DNA of 64,000 nt, from NCBI GenBank assembly GCA_903842345.1, contig CAIMLR010000039.1, positions 140,268 through 204,267 of the forward strand, read 5' to 3'. The translations under genes and the position numbers were made by a program. Of this stretch, positions 19,879-29,992 are shown one piece after another (positions within the stretch are counted from its first letter, which is position 1; each line of letters opens with the position of its first letter). Below the pieces are notes generated by a model. It had not been told where the DNA came from and searched no databases. It saw nothing but the letters and a program-made list of their open reading frames with translations. The stretch comes from an uncultured Myxococcales bacterium (lineage in GTDB: Bacteria; Myxococcota_A; UBA9042).

Positions 19879-20586
19879 TCAGCGGATTTCCGCCGCATCG
19901 CTTGGCCGCGGTCGGAGTCGCCACTGCGCGGCGATTTGTTCGCTCCAGCCGGCCAAATCAGCCGGTTCCGGCGGCCCAGGCTCAGTGAGATTGGCAAATG
20001 CGATCCATGGTTTACCACAGAGAACGAGACCGTTTGCCAGACGCGGATCGACGGCGATATTGATCGCCACGCCGTGTTGCGCGACGTCGGCGCGCAGGCG
20101 CAAACCGAGGCTCGCCAGCTTGCCCTCCGCGCGCCACACGCCCACGTCGTCGGCCAGATCGCGGCGCGCATCCACGCCGCAAGCGCCCGCCAACTCAGCA
20201 ATTCCATGGAGAAGCTCGGCGCAAAGCTGACGCGCCTGCCAGCGCGAACACGGCACGGCGAGAAACGCGACGATCTGGCCCGGCGCGTGCAGCGTGCCCA
20301 GACCACCGCGATCGACCGGGACGATCGCAATTTGCCGCGCCGCGCACACAGCCAGGGAAGCTGCGATCGCCGCCTGCCCCGCGGGCTCCTGCGCGCGGCG
20401 TCCGAGGGCGTACACCGGCGCGGCGGGCTCAAAGAAGACGATTTCGCCCGGGGCGCCGGCCGCAACCGCATCGGCGATCTGGCGATTGCGGGTGACCATC
20501 TCGGCAAAAGGCTGCCGCCCCAGCCAGCGCCACGGGAGATCGGCGAGCAGCGACGGCGCTGACGGGCTCAGTGAAACAGCATCCAC
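19879..20586 (-). CDS. lipB: Lipoyl(octanoyl) transferase LipB-like (start uncertain)
   Basis: PVYALGRR, DRGGLGTLHAPGQ, GVW..EGKLASLGL, HGVAINI, LCG. Confidence 0.8.
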   Translation of the reverse strand: MDAVSLSPSAPSLLADLPWRWLGRQPFAEMVTRNRQIADAVAAGAPGEIVFFEPAAPVYALGRRAQEPAGQAAIAASLAVCAARQIAIVPVDRGGLGTLHAPGQIVAFLAVPCSRWQARQLCAELLHGIAELAGACGVDARRDLADDVGVWRAEGKLASLGLRLRADVAQHGVAINIAVDPRLANGLVLCGKPWIAFANLTEPGPPEPADLAGWSEQIAAQWRLRPRPSDAAEIR

Positions 20587-21374
20587 GCGAGCATCACCGG
20601 CGCAGCAAACAGCACGCCGTCCAGTCGATCGAGAATGCCGCCATGACCCGGCAGCAGCCCACCCGAATCCTTGGTGCCCGTCGCGCGCTTGAACAGCGAC
20701 TCCGCAAGATCGCCGATCTGGCCGACCATGCCGCCCGTCGCGCCCATCAGCAGGCCCTGAACGACGGTCAGTTGCGGCACCAGCAGCTGCTGCGCGATGT
20801 AACCGCCGAGGATCGACGCGGCGAGACCGCCGAGCGCGCCCTCCATCGTCTTCTTGGGGCTGATGAGTTCGTACAGCTTGTGGCGGCCAAAGGAGCGACC
20901 GGCAAAGTACGCGCCAGTGTCGCCGGCGAACACGACGATGAGGAGCGAGAGCACCGCGCCACGGCCGGTGTCAAAACGCCCGCCGGTGGGCACCTGGGCG
21001 AGCGCGAAGGTCTGCACGATCACGCCAAACAGCGTCGCGACGTACGCAAGGCCCAGCAGGCCGATCGCCGCGCGCTTGCCCGCCGCCTCCACCGAGCCCG
21101 GACGGACGAGGCACCAGCACAGCCATGCGACCGGCAGCACACTCGGAATCAGCCACATCTCGCGCATGCCAACCACAAACGCCGTGAGCATCGCCAGCGG
21201 CGCGAGGACCAGGCGGTCCTGCGTCCGAACTTCCGGGTACATGCGGACCAACTCGTCGACGCCTTGGGCCGCGGCCATCGCCAACAGCGCGAAGAACACG
21301 AATTTGGGCGCGAAGAGCACGATCAGGATGAGAATCGGCGCCAGAATGAGACCTGTGATGACCCGCTGTGCCAT
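20568..21374 (-). CDS. cdsA: Phosphatidate cytidylyltransferase
   Basis: GDTGAYFAGR.FGRHKL..ISPKKTMEG and GDLAESLFKR...KDSG.LLPGHGGILDRLD; ATG at 21374 with GGAGG. Confidence 0.95.
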   Translation of the reverse strand: MAQRVITGLILAPILILIVLFAPKFVFFALLAMAAAQGVDELVRMYPEVRTQDRLVLAPLAMLTAFVVGMREMWLIPSVLPVAWLCWCLVRPGSVEAAGKRAAIGLLGLAYVATLFGVIVQTFALAQVPTGGRFDTGRGAVLSLLIVVFAGDTGAYFAGRSFGRHKLYELISPKKTMEGALGGLAASILGGYIAQQLLVPQLTVVQGLLMGATGGMVGQIGDLAESLFKRATGTKDSGGLLPGHGGILDRLDGVLFAAPVMLAWMLFH

Positions 21375-21396
21375 GCCAACCTCCGCCTGCCGCGTT

Positions 21397-22230
<834 letters not shown>

Positions 22231-22233
22231 TGT

Positions 22234-23202
22234 TTACGCTCCTGCCGCGGCGGGCAAGGCAGGCTCACTCGGCCAGGCCCGACCGCGCACCAGCACCCAG
22301 CCCGACCACACGAGCAGCGGGAGGCTGATGAGCTGGGACGTCGAAAGCAGGCCGAACCACTCGCCGCGGTCGTCGGCGCGCAGGAACTCCACGCTGAAAC
22401 GAAACAGGGCGTAGAGCAACATGAACAGGAAGAAAATCTGCCCGTCAAAGCGCGGACCCTTGCGGTAGCGCCAGAGACAGATGAGGAAAATCACCGCACA
22501 AGCCAGCGCTTCGTACAATTGCGTCGGGTGGACCGGCAGCGATTGCACCGCGCTTGTTGTGATCTGATGCAGGTGAACCTGCTTGTCCCACGCCGGTGAA
22601 TACTTGGGAAACGCCAGCGCGGTCGGGGCTTGGCTCGTTTCGCCAAAGCAGCAGCCGGCAAGCAGGCAGCCGATGCGGCCAAACACGAGGCCGAGCGCGA
22701 TGGCCCACCCGGCGAGGTCGGCGACCTTCCACATGGACACGCGGCGACGGCGGAGGAACCAGAGGCCGGTCGGGACAGCCGCGAGGAAGCCGCCATAGTA
22801 GGCGTAGCCGCCGTACCAAATCTTGAGGACGCGCAGGCAGTCCTGCTGCTGGCGACAGAGGCCGCTCGAGGTCTCGCAGAGGTCGCCCAGCCCCGCGCGC
22901 ACGCACTGATCCGCGTCTGCGCAGTGCACGCCCGGTCCAAGCGCAAGCCCCGGCACCTGGCTCGGGTCGGTGCACAGGTGCACGTAGTCCATGAACTGGC
23001 CGTCGGCGATCACGTGCAGTGCCCGCGCGCCGACGAGGCCCATGACGAGCATCAGCAGGCCAAGATCGAGGATCGTGTTGCCGTCCAGGCCCTTGCGCAT
23101 TCCCTCGGCATGCGCCAGCAAGATCGCCAGCGTGAACCCGACCATCAGCAGCGTGAAATACGCCGGCAACTGGACGAAACCGAGGTCAAAGCTAGGGTGC
23201 AC
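22234..23202 (-). CDS. lgt: Prolipoprotein diacylglyceryl transferase with Cys-rich periplasmic insert
   Basis: VGARALHV, YYGG, GRIGCLLAGCCFG, HPTQLYE, RFSVEFLR.DDRG. Confidence 0.93.
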   Translation of the reverse strand: MHPSFDLGFVQLPAYFTLLMVGFTLAILLAHAEGMRKGLDGNTILDLGLLMLVMGLVGARALHVIADGQFMDYVHLCTDPSQVPGLALGPGVHCADADQCVRAGLGDLCETSSGLCRQQQDCLRVLKIWYGGYAYYGGFLAAVPTGLWFLRRRRVSMWKVADLAGWAIALGLVFGRIGCLLAGCCFGETSQAPTALAFPKYSPAWDKQVHLHQITTSAVQSLPVHPTQLYEALACAVIFLICLWRYRKGPRFDGQIFFLFMLLYALFRFSVEFLRADDRGEWFGLLSTSQLISLPLLVWSGWVLVRGRAWPSEPALPAAAGA

Positions 23203-23214
23203 CGCAGACCTCGA

Positions 23215-24174
23215 TCACGCCTTGGACGCGGGCGGCGGCGTCTTGGGCTGACGCAGGGAATCGAGCGCGATCAGGATGACACCCACCGTGATGCCGGCAT
23301 CCGCAATGTTCCAGACCGGCCAGCCGTGCAAGCCCGGGCCAAAGGTCCGGCCCCAGAAGCTGGCGTCGTCAAACACCACGTAGTTGAAGATGAAGTCGAC
23401 AACTGCGCGGTAGTGGATGCGGTCGATCAGGTTGCCGATCGCGCCGCCGAGGATGCCCGCGAGCGCCCAGGTGGAGAGCACGCTCGCCATCTTGCGCTGC
23501 CAAAGCACCCACGCCATGACAAGGGACGCGATTGTCGAAATGCTGACAAACAAGACGAAGCGGACAATCGGCGGGGACGTGGCGAGGAACGACCACGCCG
23601 CGCCAAAGTTCTCCGCGTAGACGAGCGAGAAGCCGTCACAGATACGGATCGAGTGATCGCGCACGGCGACAAGTTCATCGGCCGCGATCGGTGTCGTCGG
23701 CTCGTCGATGCGCGCGTTGTTGCGCCACGCGGTCTGCAGCAGACCCGGCACGTCCGCAGGATCGACGCGCCAAGCCGTCGCCAGCAGGTCGTCCAGCGGC
23801 TGCCCCAAGTCCTGCGGCATCGGCCGCCAACGCCGCGGCGCGAGCAGCCCCGTGCCGCCGAGGGTCACAAGTTCCAGCGACAGGTCGGTCGCGGCAATCA
23901 CGTGTTTGGCGTCCAGGCCATGCACCGGCTGGTAGCGGGTCACCTGCCCGCCGTGGACGGTGTCGGCGATCTCCTGCGCGGACCAGCCCTTGGCTTGGAG
24001 CGCCGCCTGCACGGTCGCGCCATCGCTTTGCCGGAGCACGAGTGGATGCACGGCCGAGGCCAACGTCGTCGCCGCCCAGTACTTGCTGGCCAGATCGAGC
24101 ACCAGCACGATCACAACAAGGGCGAAAGGACCGATGCGCGGGAGTTTCTTGGAATGGGATTCAGCGCGCGTCAT
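23215..24174 (-). CDS. lspA: Lipoprotein signal peptidase II with large insertion
   Basis: LDLASK, ENFGAAWSF, GAIGNLIDR, VVDF, WNIAD; adjacent to lgt. Confidence 0.9.
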   Translation of the reverse strand: MTRAESHSKKLPRIGPFALVVIVLVLDLASKYWAATTLASAVHPLVLRQSDGATVQAALQAKGWSAQEIADTVHGGQVTRYQPVHGLDAKHVIAATDLSLELVTLGGTGLLAPRRWRPMPQDLGQPLDDLLATAWRVDPADVPGLLQTAWRNNARIDEPTTPIAADELVAVRDHSIRICDGFSLVYAENFGAAWSFLATSPPIVRFVLFVSISTIASLVMAWVLWQRKMASVLSTWALAGILGGAIGNLIDRIHYRAVVDFIFNYVVFDDASFWGRTFGPGLHGWPVWNIADAGITVGVILIALDSLRQPKTPPPASKA

Positions 24175-24278
24175 AGCGTCTCCGGCAATCGGGTTGCGCA
24201 CAATAGGTGGCCGGGCGATCCACGTCAACGTTGCAACCGCCGACTGCGGGCCCTACGCTTCTGCCCCCGGAGGTTCCT

Positions 24279-25160
24279 GTGCACGTCCTGACTGGTAGTT
24301 CCTGTCCGCATCCGTTTATTTCCGCGGCGTGCCCGCTGTGCCGCGGGAGCGATGCGCCTGGGCGCGTGGAAGCGCTCGCGACGGCGGCGGCAGTGGCGGC
24401 GGCCATTGACGCCGCGGCCGGTCAGCCGGAGATCGTGCTCCGCGATGGCGATCTGCTTTCCCGACCGGAGGCGCTGGATCTGCTGCAGCACGCGCGCCAG
24501 ACCGCCAAGGCCGTCGAACTGTGGACGTCCGGCCTGATGCTGGCGCGTCCCGGCGTGGTGGAAGCGGTGCTGCGCTCGGGCGTGACGATGGTCGCGCTGC
24601 CCCTTTACGGCGATTCCGCGGAGGCGCACGACTGGGTGACAGGCCAGCCCGGGCATTTTCAGCGCGTGATTGCCGGCCTGAAGCGGGTGCGCGCGCTGGG
24701 CGGCAAGACTGCGGTCATCGCGCCGATCCTGCGGCCGACGTTTCGGACACTGCCGTTGCTCGTCCAGAAGTCGCTGGCGCTGGACGTCGCGGCGTTCCGG
24801 TTTGTCGCCCTGCCCGGGCCGGATCGCGTGGGACAGCCGCTGCTGCCGTCGCTGGAGATGGCCGCGCCCTACTTGCGCCAGGCGCTGCAGATGACCGCCG
24901 CAGCCAAGAAACGCAGCAGCGTGCTCGATGTGCCTGCGTGCCTGTTGGGCGACCGCGCCGCGGATGCAGCCAAGGAGGCCGCGGTATCCGTCGTGGCGGA
25001 AGGTGCGGCCAAACACGCGCGCGAGCACGGGCCACAGTGCGACGCGTGCACGTGGCGCGCGGGTTGCCCGGGCCTCCTGACCGCGACGGCAGAGCGCTTT
25101 GGCTGGGCCGGCATCGCGGCGCGGACCGACCCGCCGCCGACCGCGAAAGTCTTGAAATAG
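24279..25160 (+). CDS. Divergent radical SAM-fold protein with non-canonical Cx8Cx2C motif
   Basis: GTG after GGAGG. CPHPFISAACPLC; HDWVTGQPGHF matches HDKLTGTPGAF of the next gene; C-terminal CDACTWRAGCPG. Confidence 0.7.
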   Translation: MHVLTGSSCPHPFISAACPLCRGSDAPGRVEALATAAAVAAAIDAAAGQPEIVLRDGDLLSRPEALDLLQHARQTAKAVELWTSGLMLARPGVVEAVLRSGVTMVALPLYGDSAEAHDWVTGQPGHFQRVIAGLKRVRALGGKTAVIAPILRPTFRTLPLLVQKSLALDVAAFRFVALPGPDRVGQPLLPSLEMAAPYLRQALQMTAAAKKRSSVLDVPACLLGDRAADAAKEAAVSVVAEGAAKHAREHGPQCDACTWRAGCPGLLTATAERFGWAGIAARTDPPPTAKVLK

Positions 25161-25277
25161 CATCACTTTTCGCTGACCGCTTGCGATACGGGGCAAAACC
25201 GCCAAACTGCTGGGCGCGACCAGCCCGTCCCCCCAGGTGTCGTCAGCCTTAGCCATTCGTTCGCAAGCGAGTCCTTC

Positions 25278-27230
25278 ATGCCTGAAAACGAGATCCGCGG
25301 CGACGCGACGACCCTTGAAATTGACATCGACAAGCTGGTGCGCGACGGCATCCTGAACCGCGACGAAGCCGAAGCGTTGCGCGCGACGGAGTTGGCCGAA
25401 GGCACGCGCATGGAAGCGCTGCCGTCCGGCGATGGCGAGAACAAGGACGCAGTCAAAGAAGCCGCGATGAAGCACAAGCGCCACTGGGTGCGCGTGACGC
25501 GGCTCTGCAACCAGCGCTGTACGTTCTGCCTGGATTCGATGAACCAGGACGGCACGATGATCGACGTCGAGTCGCTCAAAGCCTACATCGCGCTGGGTCG
25601 GCGCATGGGCCGGGAACGGCTCATCCTGTCTGGCGGCGAGGCCAGCGTGCATCCGCAGTACGTGGAGCTGATCCGCTACGGCAAGTCACTCGGCTACGAC
25701 TGGATCCAGACGATCACCAACGGCATGATGTTCAGCTACAAGCGCTTCGCCAACGCGTGCGCGGAAGCCGGCCTGAACGAAGCCACCGTTTCCATGCACG
25801 GCCACACCGCGCACATCCACGACAAGCTGACGGGCACGCCCGGCGCGTTCGTCACCGGCATCAAGGGCATCCAGAACCTGTGGGAGACCGGCAAGGTCGT
25901 CGTCAACATCGACGTGGTCATCAACAAGCAGAACTACAAGCAGCTGCCTGAGATCCTGGAGTATTACTACAACCTCGGCATTCGCGAGTTTGACCTCCTG
26001 CACATCATTCCGTTTGGCCGCGGCTTTGACGAGCACCGCCACTCGCTGTTTTTTGACCTGAACGACGCCGTGCCGTACTTCCGCCGCGCGTTCAAGCTCG
26101 CGGACCGCGAGGGCGTGTACCTGTGGACCAATCGCCTGCCGGTCATGTACCTGGAAGGTTTTGAGCGGCTCATCCAGGACCCGCACAAGCTGCTGAGCGA
26201 ATTTGACGGCGGCCGCCACAATTTTGAAGGCTTCCTGCGCAAGGGCCTCAAGCCCGACTGCTGGGGCGAGCGCTGCGACTACTGCTTCCTCGACGGTCCG
26301 TGCCGCAGCACGATGTTCCCGTACCGGGAAATGCTGGAATCCCACACGTTCCCGCTGGTGCGCGTGGACAGCCAGCACGTCTGGCAGGGCACGGAAGCGA
26401 AAGCCAAGTTTGAAGCGCAGCAGCCGCAGCGGCTGTGGCTGACGGCGCGCGATGCGGAGGATGCCAAGGCGGCGCTGGCGCGTTCGGCGCATCCGGCCGC
26501 AGACGTGACGCTGCAGTTGGACGCGGGCGCGGATCCCCAGCCGCTGCTGAAGCATCCGCCGCGCGAGATCAAGCGCTTTGTGGTGACGACGACCGACGAC
26601 GCGGCACGCTATTTGGTGGGCGCGCATGCGATTCCGGCGCCGACGGAAGTGGAAGTGATGCTGACGCGCGAGCTGGCCTCGTGGCTGCTGGCGCGACCGG
26701 CGACGCTCAAGGCGTGGGGTACGCGGTTGATCGCGACGCTCAAGACGCACGAGTACCTGTCCGAGTCGCAGGCGGAAGATCCGGATCCGGCGACGCTCCG
26801 CAAGTTGGCCCAGGCCGGCCTGCGCATGCGCAACGTGACGCGCTGCGTGGCGGGCGCGGAGACCGAGCCGGGCGACATCAAGCTGCTGGATGCGACGCTG
26901 CTGGACGGCGCGGGCTTCCTCAACCTGGACAAGTACGTCGGCCATTACGTGGAGCACGCGTACTACAGCAAGTCGATCCGCTGCGGCCGGTGCTCGCAGT
27001 TTGAAACCTGCCAGGGCACGCACATCAACTACCTGCGCAGCCACGGTTTTGCGATCCAGACGCCGCTCGATGAAGCCGGCAAGCCGCTGCCCGACGCCGC
27101 GAGCTTTGACCGCTTGACGGAGCAGTTGGCCGACGCCAATGCCCAGCGCACCAAGCGCGAGCAGCAGCGCACGGTCGGGTTGCACAAGCCCAAGGCGATT
27201 GGCGAACTGGGCATCGGCCGCGAGACCTGA
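25278..27230 (+). CDS. Radical SAM protein, HxsC-like, with extra C-terminal module
   Basis: CNQRCTFC, LSGGEAS, ITNG, and two CxxCx5C clusters (CDYCFLDGPC and CGRCSQFETCQG). Confidence 0.88.
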   Translation: MPENEIRGDATTLEIDIDKLVRDGILNRDEAEALRATELAEGTRMEALPSGDGENKDAVKEAAMKHKRHWVRVTRLCNQRCTFCLDSMNQDGTMIDVESLKAYIALGRRMGRERLILSGGEASVHPQYVELIRYGKSLGYDWIQTITNGMMFSYKRFANACAEAGLNEATVSMHGHTAHIHDKLTGTPGAFVTGIKGIQNLWETGKVVVNIDVVINKQNYKQLPEILEYYYNLGIREFDLLHIIPFGRGFDEHRHSLFFDLNDAVPYFRRAFKLADREGVYLWTNRLPVMYLEGFERLIQDPHKLLSEFDGGRHNFEGFLRKGLKPDCWGERCDYCFLDGPCRSTMFPYREMLESHTFPLVRVDSQHVWQGTEAKAKFEAQQPQRLWLTARDAEDAKAALARSAHPAADVTLQLDAGADPQPLLKHPPREIKRFVVTTTDDAARYLVGAHAIPAPTEVEVMLTRELASWLLARPATLKAWGTRLIATLKTHEYLSESQAEDPDPATLRKLAQAGLRMRNVTRCVAGAETEPGDIKLLDATLLDGAGFLNLDKYVGHYVEHAYYSKSIRCGRCSQFETCQGTHINYLRSHGFAIQTPLDEAGKPLPDAASFDRLTEQLADANAQRTKREQQRTVGLHKPKAIGELGIGRET

Positions 27231-27233
27231 CCG

Positions 27234-27668
27234 TTACGGCCAACTGTCGTCGTTGGGCCAATCGGCAAAATACACGCCCGGTGGCCACCCTTGGGCTGGC
27301 ACGCGCTGCTTCAGGCACTTCGCCACGCCTTCAGGCACCTGCACATCGGTCATCGCGAACACGGTCGTCGCCAGCGCGTCGCCCTTGGCCTCGATCGAAA
27401 TACCCAAGCTCATCGGCCTCTCCGTCGGGTAGCCCAAGCCGTGAAAACAGTCCCGCAACGGCCGCAGGTGCGCGCGCGTGAGCGTTTCGTCCATGAGCTG
27501 GGGCGCCGGTTGCGGCGGGCGTTTGGCGGCGACGACGGGCGCCACCGCGTTGGGCTGCGACCCGGTCGGCTCGTTGCGGCACGACGTCAGGACGCTGGTC
27601 ATGGCCAACAGGCACAGCCACACGAACAGGTGCGGCTTGCGGCGGAAACTCGGGCGCGTGGGGAACAT
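27234..27668 (-). CDS. Hypothetical lipoprotein
   Basis: Basic N-terminus, hydrophobic stretch, LTS-C lipobox; fills the gap between two radical SAM genes on the opposite strand. Confidence 0.6.
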   Translation of the reverse strand: MFPTRPSFRRKPHLFVWLCLLAMTSVLTSCRNEPTGSQPNAVAPVVAAKRPPQPAPQLMDETLTRAHLRPLRDCFHGLGYPTERPMSLGISIEAKGDALATTVFAMTDVQVPEGVAKCLKQRVPAQGWPPGVYFADWPNDDSWP

Positions 27669-27860
27669 GGGCCAACTCCAGCCAAGTGCGGCTGGAAAAA
27701 GTCTGCGCCTGCGGGCAAGCCAAGGTCAAGATCGCGTGCCGCCGCTCAACACCCACGGCAAAACAGTGAGTTGGCGGACGAAGCGTGCAGTCGGGCAAAA
27801 AATCCGGCACACTGCCGGTTCGCGCCCGTTCCCCCGAACCTGCGCCAACGGAGTCGTTCA

Positions 27861-29129
27861 ATGGCCAACATCGGCTACATCCAGATGGTCCGGCACTGCA
27901 ACCAGAATTGCGGCTTTTGCTCCAATCCTGAGACGCCGTTCTTCCACAACCTGGAGCAGATCCACCAGATCGTCGACGACTTTGTCAGCCGCGACTACTT
28001 TGGCGTCATCATGACCGGCGGCGAGCCGACGCTTTCGCCCATCCTGCCAGAAGCCATCGCCCACGCGCGCGCCAACGGCCTGCACGTGCGCATGATCACC
28101 AATGGCCAGAAGCTCGCCGATTGGGACTACTGCAAGTCGCTGGCCGACGCCGGGCTGCAACACGTCCACGTGTCCATCCACAGCCACAAGCACAAGCTGG
28201 AGGATTTCCTGACCGGCACGCCTGGCTCGCTGGATTGGGCGGAGAAGGCGCTGACCAACCTCGGCAAGACCAACATCACCGTCAACATCAACACGGTCAT
28301 TACCCGCTACAATTGCGACCACTTGCACGGCAACATCGAGTGGTTCATCAAGAACTTCCCGTTCATCCAGCACTTCGTGTGGAACAACCTGGACCCGTCG
28401 ATCGGTCGCGCGACCAGCAACCAGTACTTTGCCGCGCGCCTGCAGGACATTGAAGTCAGCCTGTCCAAGGCGATGCGGATGCTGGCGGAGACGGGTCGGT
28501 CGTTCCGCGTGGAGCGCGTGCCGCTGTGCTACATGACGGAATTCGCCCACTGCTCGACCGAGACGCGCAAGATCGTCAAGAGCGAGGAGCGCATCGTCCA
28601 CTTCCTGGACAACAAGGGCACGGTCCGCCAGACCGAGTGGGGCCACCTGTACGCGGACGTGTGCAACGCGTGCAGCCTGCGGTCCATTTGCGGCGGGCTG
28701 TTTGACCGCGGCAACGCCTACGATCCTGCGGAACTGTCGCCGATCTTCCAGGATCCCAAGCCGATCATCTCGCGCATCGTCCAGGATTTGCAGTCGGACC
28801 CGGCATGGCGGATGGCCAAGTTCAAGAACCTGGCGGCGATCCCGGCGGCGCATCAGGGCAAATCGGGGACGCAGCAGAGCGTCGCGGGCGGTGAAGTGTC
28901 GCGCCCGGGCAAGGTGCAGGCGCCGACTGGCGAACGGCTGACGGAAATGGCCATGGACCCCAAGCGCAAGACCGATCACACGGCGCGCGATTGGACGCCC
29001 GAGGCGGCGGGCTGGCATCCGTCGGACGATGAAGACGACGTGGACACCGGGCTCGTCGTGCCCCCTGAGCCGATCGCGAGCGGACGGGTGCCGGTGACGC
29101 GCCTTGAAGTTCGATCCGGACAAGAGTAG
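27861..29129 (+). CDS. Radical SAM protein, HxsC-like, with disordered C-terminal tail
   Basis: ATG at 27861 with GGAG. CNQNCGFC, TGGEPT, ITNG, VPLCY, CNACSLRSICGG. Confidence 0.9.
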   Translation: MANIGYIQMVRHCNQNCGFCSNPETPFFHNLEQIHQIVDDFVSRDYFGVIMTGGEPTLSPILPEAIAHARANGLHVRMITNGQKLADWDYCKSLADAGLQHVHVSIHSHKHKLEDFLTGTPGSLDWAEKALTNLGKTNITVNINTVITRYNCDHLHGNIEWFIKNFPFIQHFVWNNLDPSIGRATSNQYFAARLQDIEVSLSKAMRMLAETGRSFRVERVPLCYMTEFAHCSTETRKIVKSEERIVHFLDNKGTVRQTEWGHLYADVCNACSLRSICGGLFDRGNAYDPAELSPIFQDPKPIISRIVQDLQSDPAWRMAKFKNLAAIPAAHQGKSGTQQSVAGGEVSRPGKVQAPTGERLTEMAMDPKRKTDHTARDWTPEAAGWHPSDDEDDVDTGLVVPPEPIASGRVPVTRLEVRSGQE

Positions 29130-29216
29130 AAGCTGGGGCGCGCGCATTTTCGGCCGACCCCCGCCGAATCAGCGATCGCCCTCCCGCATCCGGGGCATTT
29201 TGCACTACTGGAGTAC

Positions 29217-29663
29217 ATGAGCATGGGCCACCCTCAGATTGAAAAACTCGACCCGAAGACACACACGATGACGCTGTCGCTCGACATCGGCTTGTATCCG
29301 GCTGACGTGCTGTATGCCGCCGCGTACGTCTTCCTCGACCGCGCGTACGTGCTGCTTGACCGCGCCGGTCCGCGCTACGAAGTGCATCTCCGCGGCAAAG
29401 GCGAGCTGACGGAAGCGCAGCTGACGGCGATGTCCGGTGAATTCGAGAACGAGCTGCTCGCTCAGGCGCTGCGTCGCAAGGTCGTCAAGGCCAACCAGAA
29501 GATCATCGAAGACATCACGAGCCAGGCCATTGCGGGCGCGGCCGGCGGCACGCTGCCGACCGACTTCCTCGCGGCGGGCGACGACGGCATGGACTTTCTG
29601 GACGATCCGCTGGGGATCGCCGTGCCGTGGGAAGACAAGTTCAAGAAGAAGAAAGACGCCTGA
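29217..29663 (+). CDS. hxsD: His-Xaa-Ser system protein HxsD-like
   Basis: LYPADVLYAAAYVFLDRAYVLL...EFENELLAQALRRK resembles HxsD; lies directly upstream of an HxsB-like gene. Confidence 0.8.
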   Translation: MSMGHPQIEKLDPKTHTMTLSLDIGLYPADVLYAAAYVFLDRAYVLLDRAGPRYEVHLRGKGELTEAQLTAMSGEFENELLAQALRRKVVKANQKIIEDITSQAIAGAAGGTLPTDFLAAGDDGMDFLDDPLGIAVPWEDKFKKKKDA

Positions 29664-29722
29664 CCCGTCCAACAAATGCCCGCGTTTCCAAACGGTTCGG
29701 ACTTTTCTCAGGAGTTCTTCGC

Positions 29723-29962
29723 ATGAGCCATGTCACACACCAGTCGGTCAAGTTGCACCGCACGCTGTACATGCAGCAGGCGGTGAAGGATGCGGCGACC
29801 ACGTTTGCCGATTTTGCCGCGTTCACCATCAAGCGCGATGGCGACTACTACGCCGTGGACATCAAGGACATTGATCCGGACGTCGACGGCGACGTGGTGG
29901 CCGAGTTCTGCAACTTCGCGCTGGCCAACACGGCCGGTCGCAAGAAAACCAAGAAAGCCTAG
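29723..29962 (+). CDS. Small HxsD-like protein
   Basis: ATG at 29723 after AGGAG. LY...AVKDAA..FADFA...EFCNFAL parallels the HxsD pattern. Confidence 0.7.
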   Translation: MSHVTHQSVKLHRTLYMQQAVKDAATTFADFAAFTIKRDGDYYAVDIKDIDPDVDGDVVAEFCNFALANTAGRKKTKKA

Positions 29963-29992
29963 GCGCGCAAGCAGCCACAGGAGCCAACACGT

